Assembly (NCBI GenBank): GCA_965263355.1
Contig: CBDHHL010000032.1
Span: 2,912,001 to 2,976,000 of the forward strand
DNA from: Leptolyngbyaceae cyanobacterium
GTDB lineage: Bacteria > Cyanobacteriota > Cyanobacteriia > Phormidesmidales > Phormidesmidaceae
DNA: 64,000 bases
Reading direction: 5' to 3'
Shown here: positions 62,258-64,000 of the stretch, piece after piece
Numbering within the stretch: position 1 is the first letter of the stretch
Layout of the letters: every line of letters starts with the position of its first letter
Notes under the pieces: model-generated
The model's database searches: none
What the model saw: the letters and a program-made list of their open reading frames with translations, nothing else
What the model was told of the DNA's origin: nothing
Position numbers and translations under genes: made by a program

Positions 62258-63484
62258 CTACTCACTTGTTGTCTGTTCCAAAATTACCGCTTCATAGGGA
62301 ATGATACCGATGGTTTCGCTGCCTAAGCATTGGGCTGCTGCTTTGGATAAATCTAGAGAACGTTGGCCAATGTAAGGACCTCGATCATTAATCCTTACGA
62401 CAACTGTCCGATGATTATTCAAATTCCGGACATGTAGCATGGTATTGAATGGCAGCGTTTTGTGGGCCGCAGTCAAAGTGTTTTGGTCAAATGTCTCACC
62501 GTTTGCTGTTTGCCGGCCATGGAAATAGGGGCCATACCAAGATGCAATCCCATTGAGCGTTTGCTCAGAAGGCTTTAATGATGCCAGCATTACCTGAATA
62601 TCGCCAGCATCCAGTGGAGTTGCTCCCATTTTTTGTCTTAATTGGTCACTCCAGACAATGGCCGCCCATTCTTTATCTAAGATTGTTTTGTCATCTACGA
62701 CGTCGGCCTCACTGTTAGTCTCCTGAGGTAAAATATAAACGATAACATCGCTACTTAGACGAATGGCTGGTTGCCCATTCTCTGAGACTGGCATAACGTC
62801 ATTAGAATCTATTGGCTCATTACCCAATAGATTTTGCAGAGAGTGAATGGCAGCTGCCGTGCCATCAAGGGTACTCACCTCCCCAATCAGGTTACCTCGC
62901 AAGAACACTTTCAAGGCTGTGATATTTTCAGGCTTGGCCTTGTAGGGGGTATCGATACACTGTCTTAAGGCATGGCTAGGCATTATAGGCAGTGGCTTTT
63001 TAGGTTTTGCGATCGCTGGCTCCAGCGCAATATGGTTTGAAGTCTGATCTGCAACCTCTGTTTTGATATCTGAGACTTGTGGTGTCGGTGATGCTGTTGT
63101 TGTTGTTTTAGCTGTGGGGAATTGATTGGAAATTTTAGATTCAGCGGGAATTTTTTCCAGAGATTGCTCAAAAACCTGCTTTAAAGATCTGGTTGCATCC
63201 GCCAGGTTGAGTGGCTGTAATAGTTGAAATGACCCATTGAGAAACAATTCTTGAGATTGGAATTTGTTGGTTGGAATACTCCATACGGTCGGTAACGACG
63301 CATCTTTGTTCGATAACAAAACTGGCCATGCATTCAGCAAAGCTGAGGAGAATGGAGATTTAGGTAAAGTAGTTTGATTCGCTTGTCCTATACCACTTAT
63401 AAGCGCGGGTGCTGAAGATACGGTTACTTCAAAAACCGGTACATCAAACATAAAAGAGCTTACAGATGAACACGTTATTAACAA
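62258..63484 (-). CDS. rlpA: Septal ring lytic transglycosylase RlpA family protein
   Basis: GIASWYG, TANGE, TAAHKTLPF, RINDRGPY, LDLS; start uncertain. Confidence 0.9.
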   Translation of the reverse strand: MLITCSSVSSFMFDVPVFEVTVSSAPALISGIGQANQTTLPKSPFSSALLNAWPVLLSNKDASLPTVWSIPTNKFQSQELFLNGSFQLLQPLNLADATRSLKQVFEQSLEKIPAESKISNQFPTAKTTTTASPTPQVSDIKTEVADQTSNHIALEPAIAKPKKPLPIMPSHALRQCIDTPYKAKPENITALKVFLRGNLIGEVSTLDGTAAAIHSLQNLLGNEPIDSNDVMPVSENGQPAIRLSSDVIVYILPQETNSEADVVDDKTILDKEWAAIVWSDQLRQKMGATPLDAGDIQVMLASLKPSEQTLNGIASWYGPYFHGRQTANGETFDQNTLTAAHKTLPFNTMLHVRNLNNHRTVVVRINDRGPYIGQRSLDLSKAAAQCLGSETIGIIPYEAVILEQTTSE

Positions 63485-63594
63485 AGCAGTTCCAAAAACA
63501 AATGGGAAACCATAATTTCAACGATGTCAAGGTTAACTGCTGCCAGAAAATAAGGAATCAATCAAGAAATAACGCTAGCCTTTGGCTCAGGCAC

Positions 63595-63610
63595 TGTATC
63601 TAAAACTACA
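63595..63610. promoter_or_regulatory. NtcA-like site TGTA-N8-TACA
   Basis: TGTATCTAAAACTACA between divergent genes; no -10 at the canonical activator distance. Confidence 0.35.
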
Positions 63611-63859
63611 ATTTTATTAGTATACAGTCTGTTCTAAGACTTAATACTGTCTGTCATCAACTCCTTAACTCCAAAAAAATAATGGTATTTAGAGTTAATT
63701 GGTTAAAAACAGTGTCTATAGGCAATTGCTCTGTTAGTAGTTAACTATTTCGTCCAGTTGTTGATAAGTAACTTTAATCTTTCAAGATAATGCAATAGTT
63801 GATCGTCATACTGCCTAGTGTTGGATGCAAGTGGAGGGTTGAAGCTACTCGGGATATCT

Positions 63860-64000
63860 ATGGTTAATGATGATGTCAAAAACCGTTTAGTTGGTCATCT
63901 AAAAGAATTAATACGTGAACGCGACCCCTATCTAGCTACCCAGGGACATTATTATGCACGGCATTATATTCATAGCCAGTTAGAGCAGTGGGGAAATGTC
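63860..64000 (+). CDS. Partial CDS, probable M28 family peptidase N-terminus
   Basis: MVNDDVKNRLVGHLKELIRERDPYLATQGHYYARHYIHSQLEQWGNV runs off the window end. Confidence 0.6.
   Translation, partial: MVNDDVKNRLVGHLKELIRERDPYLATQGHYYARHYIHSQLEQWGNV

Larger units (their letters stand above)
2637..63016. repeat. HIP1 octamer GCGATCGC, about 28 dispersed copies
   Basis: Seen at 2637, 2959, 6733, 8225, 10920, 14955, 17896, 18463, 18483, 20458, 21391, 23478, 26021, 27318, 31175, 34216, 39724, 42222, 43918, 46207, 48492, 49086, 52149, 54257, 57553, 57807, 61342, 63009; about one expected by chance. Confidence 0.9.

Noticed and set aside
145..63171. Many short ORFs overlapping or antisense to the called genes
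   Set aside because: Shadow frames of well-supported CDSs or tRNAs, with no motifs of their own
63484..63535. Possible frameshift hiding a longer RlpA signal peptide (MTSLKLWFPFVFGTALL)
   Set aside because: Needs a 1-nt change and cannot be supported without reads or homologues

Overview
A 64-kb chromosomal window from a cyanobacterium. Evidence: about 28 HIP1 octamers (GCGATCGC), raf1, petJ, ndhA-I-G-E and cyanobacterial-type gshA. Gene content suggests a non-heterocystous Leptolyngbya-like lineage (inference). Most of it is housekeeping: recJ, recR, lipA, metH, gltA, sixA, alr, peroxiredoxins, an nlpD-like peptidase, trmL, ftsE, smc, yqgF, mlaE, an M16 peptidase pair, trkH/ktrB, rlpA and four tRNAs (Ala-GGC, Ser-GCT, Met-CAT, Glu-TTC). 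Unusual parts: (1) an AT-rich islet (~9.7-13.9 kb) with an HTH-NACHT NTPase divergent from a stand-alone NfeD-like OB-fold gene and a Zn-ribbon membrane microprotein, separated by helically phased repeats; (2) a RecJ extended by a coiled coil and a HEPN-like C-terminal domain; (3) an orphan DnaA-box cluster after recJ; (4) tandem Uma2 nuclease genes, each followed by an identical 54-bp REP-like repeat; (5) a dispersed ~70-bp MITE-like family; (6) a likely non-AUG start of recR; (7) a LexA box at the smc promoter; (8) a G-to-C skew flip at HIP1 sites. No CRISPR array, transposase or integrase is visible. Several CDS starts were moved from the ORF track based on RBS or family N-termini. All family calls are from motif recognition, not database searches.
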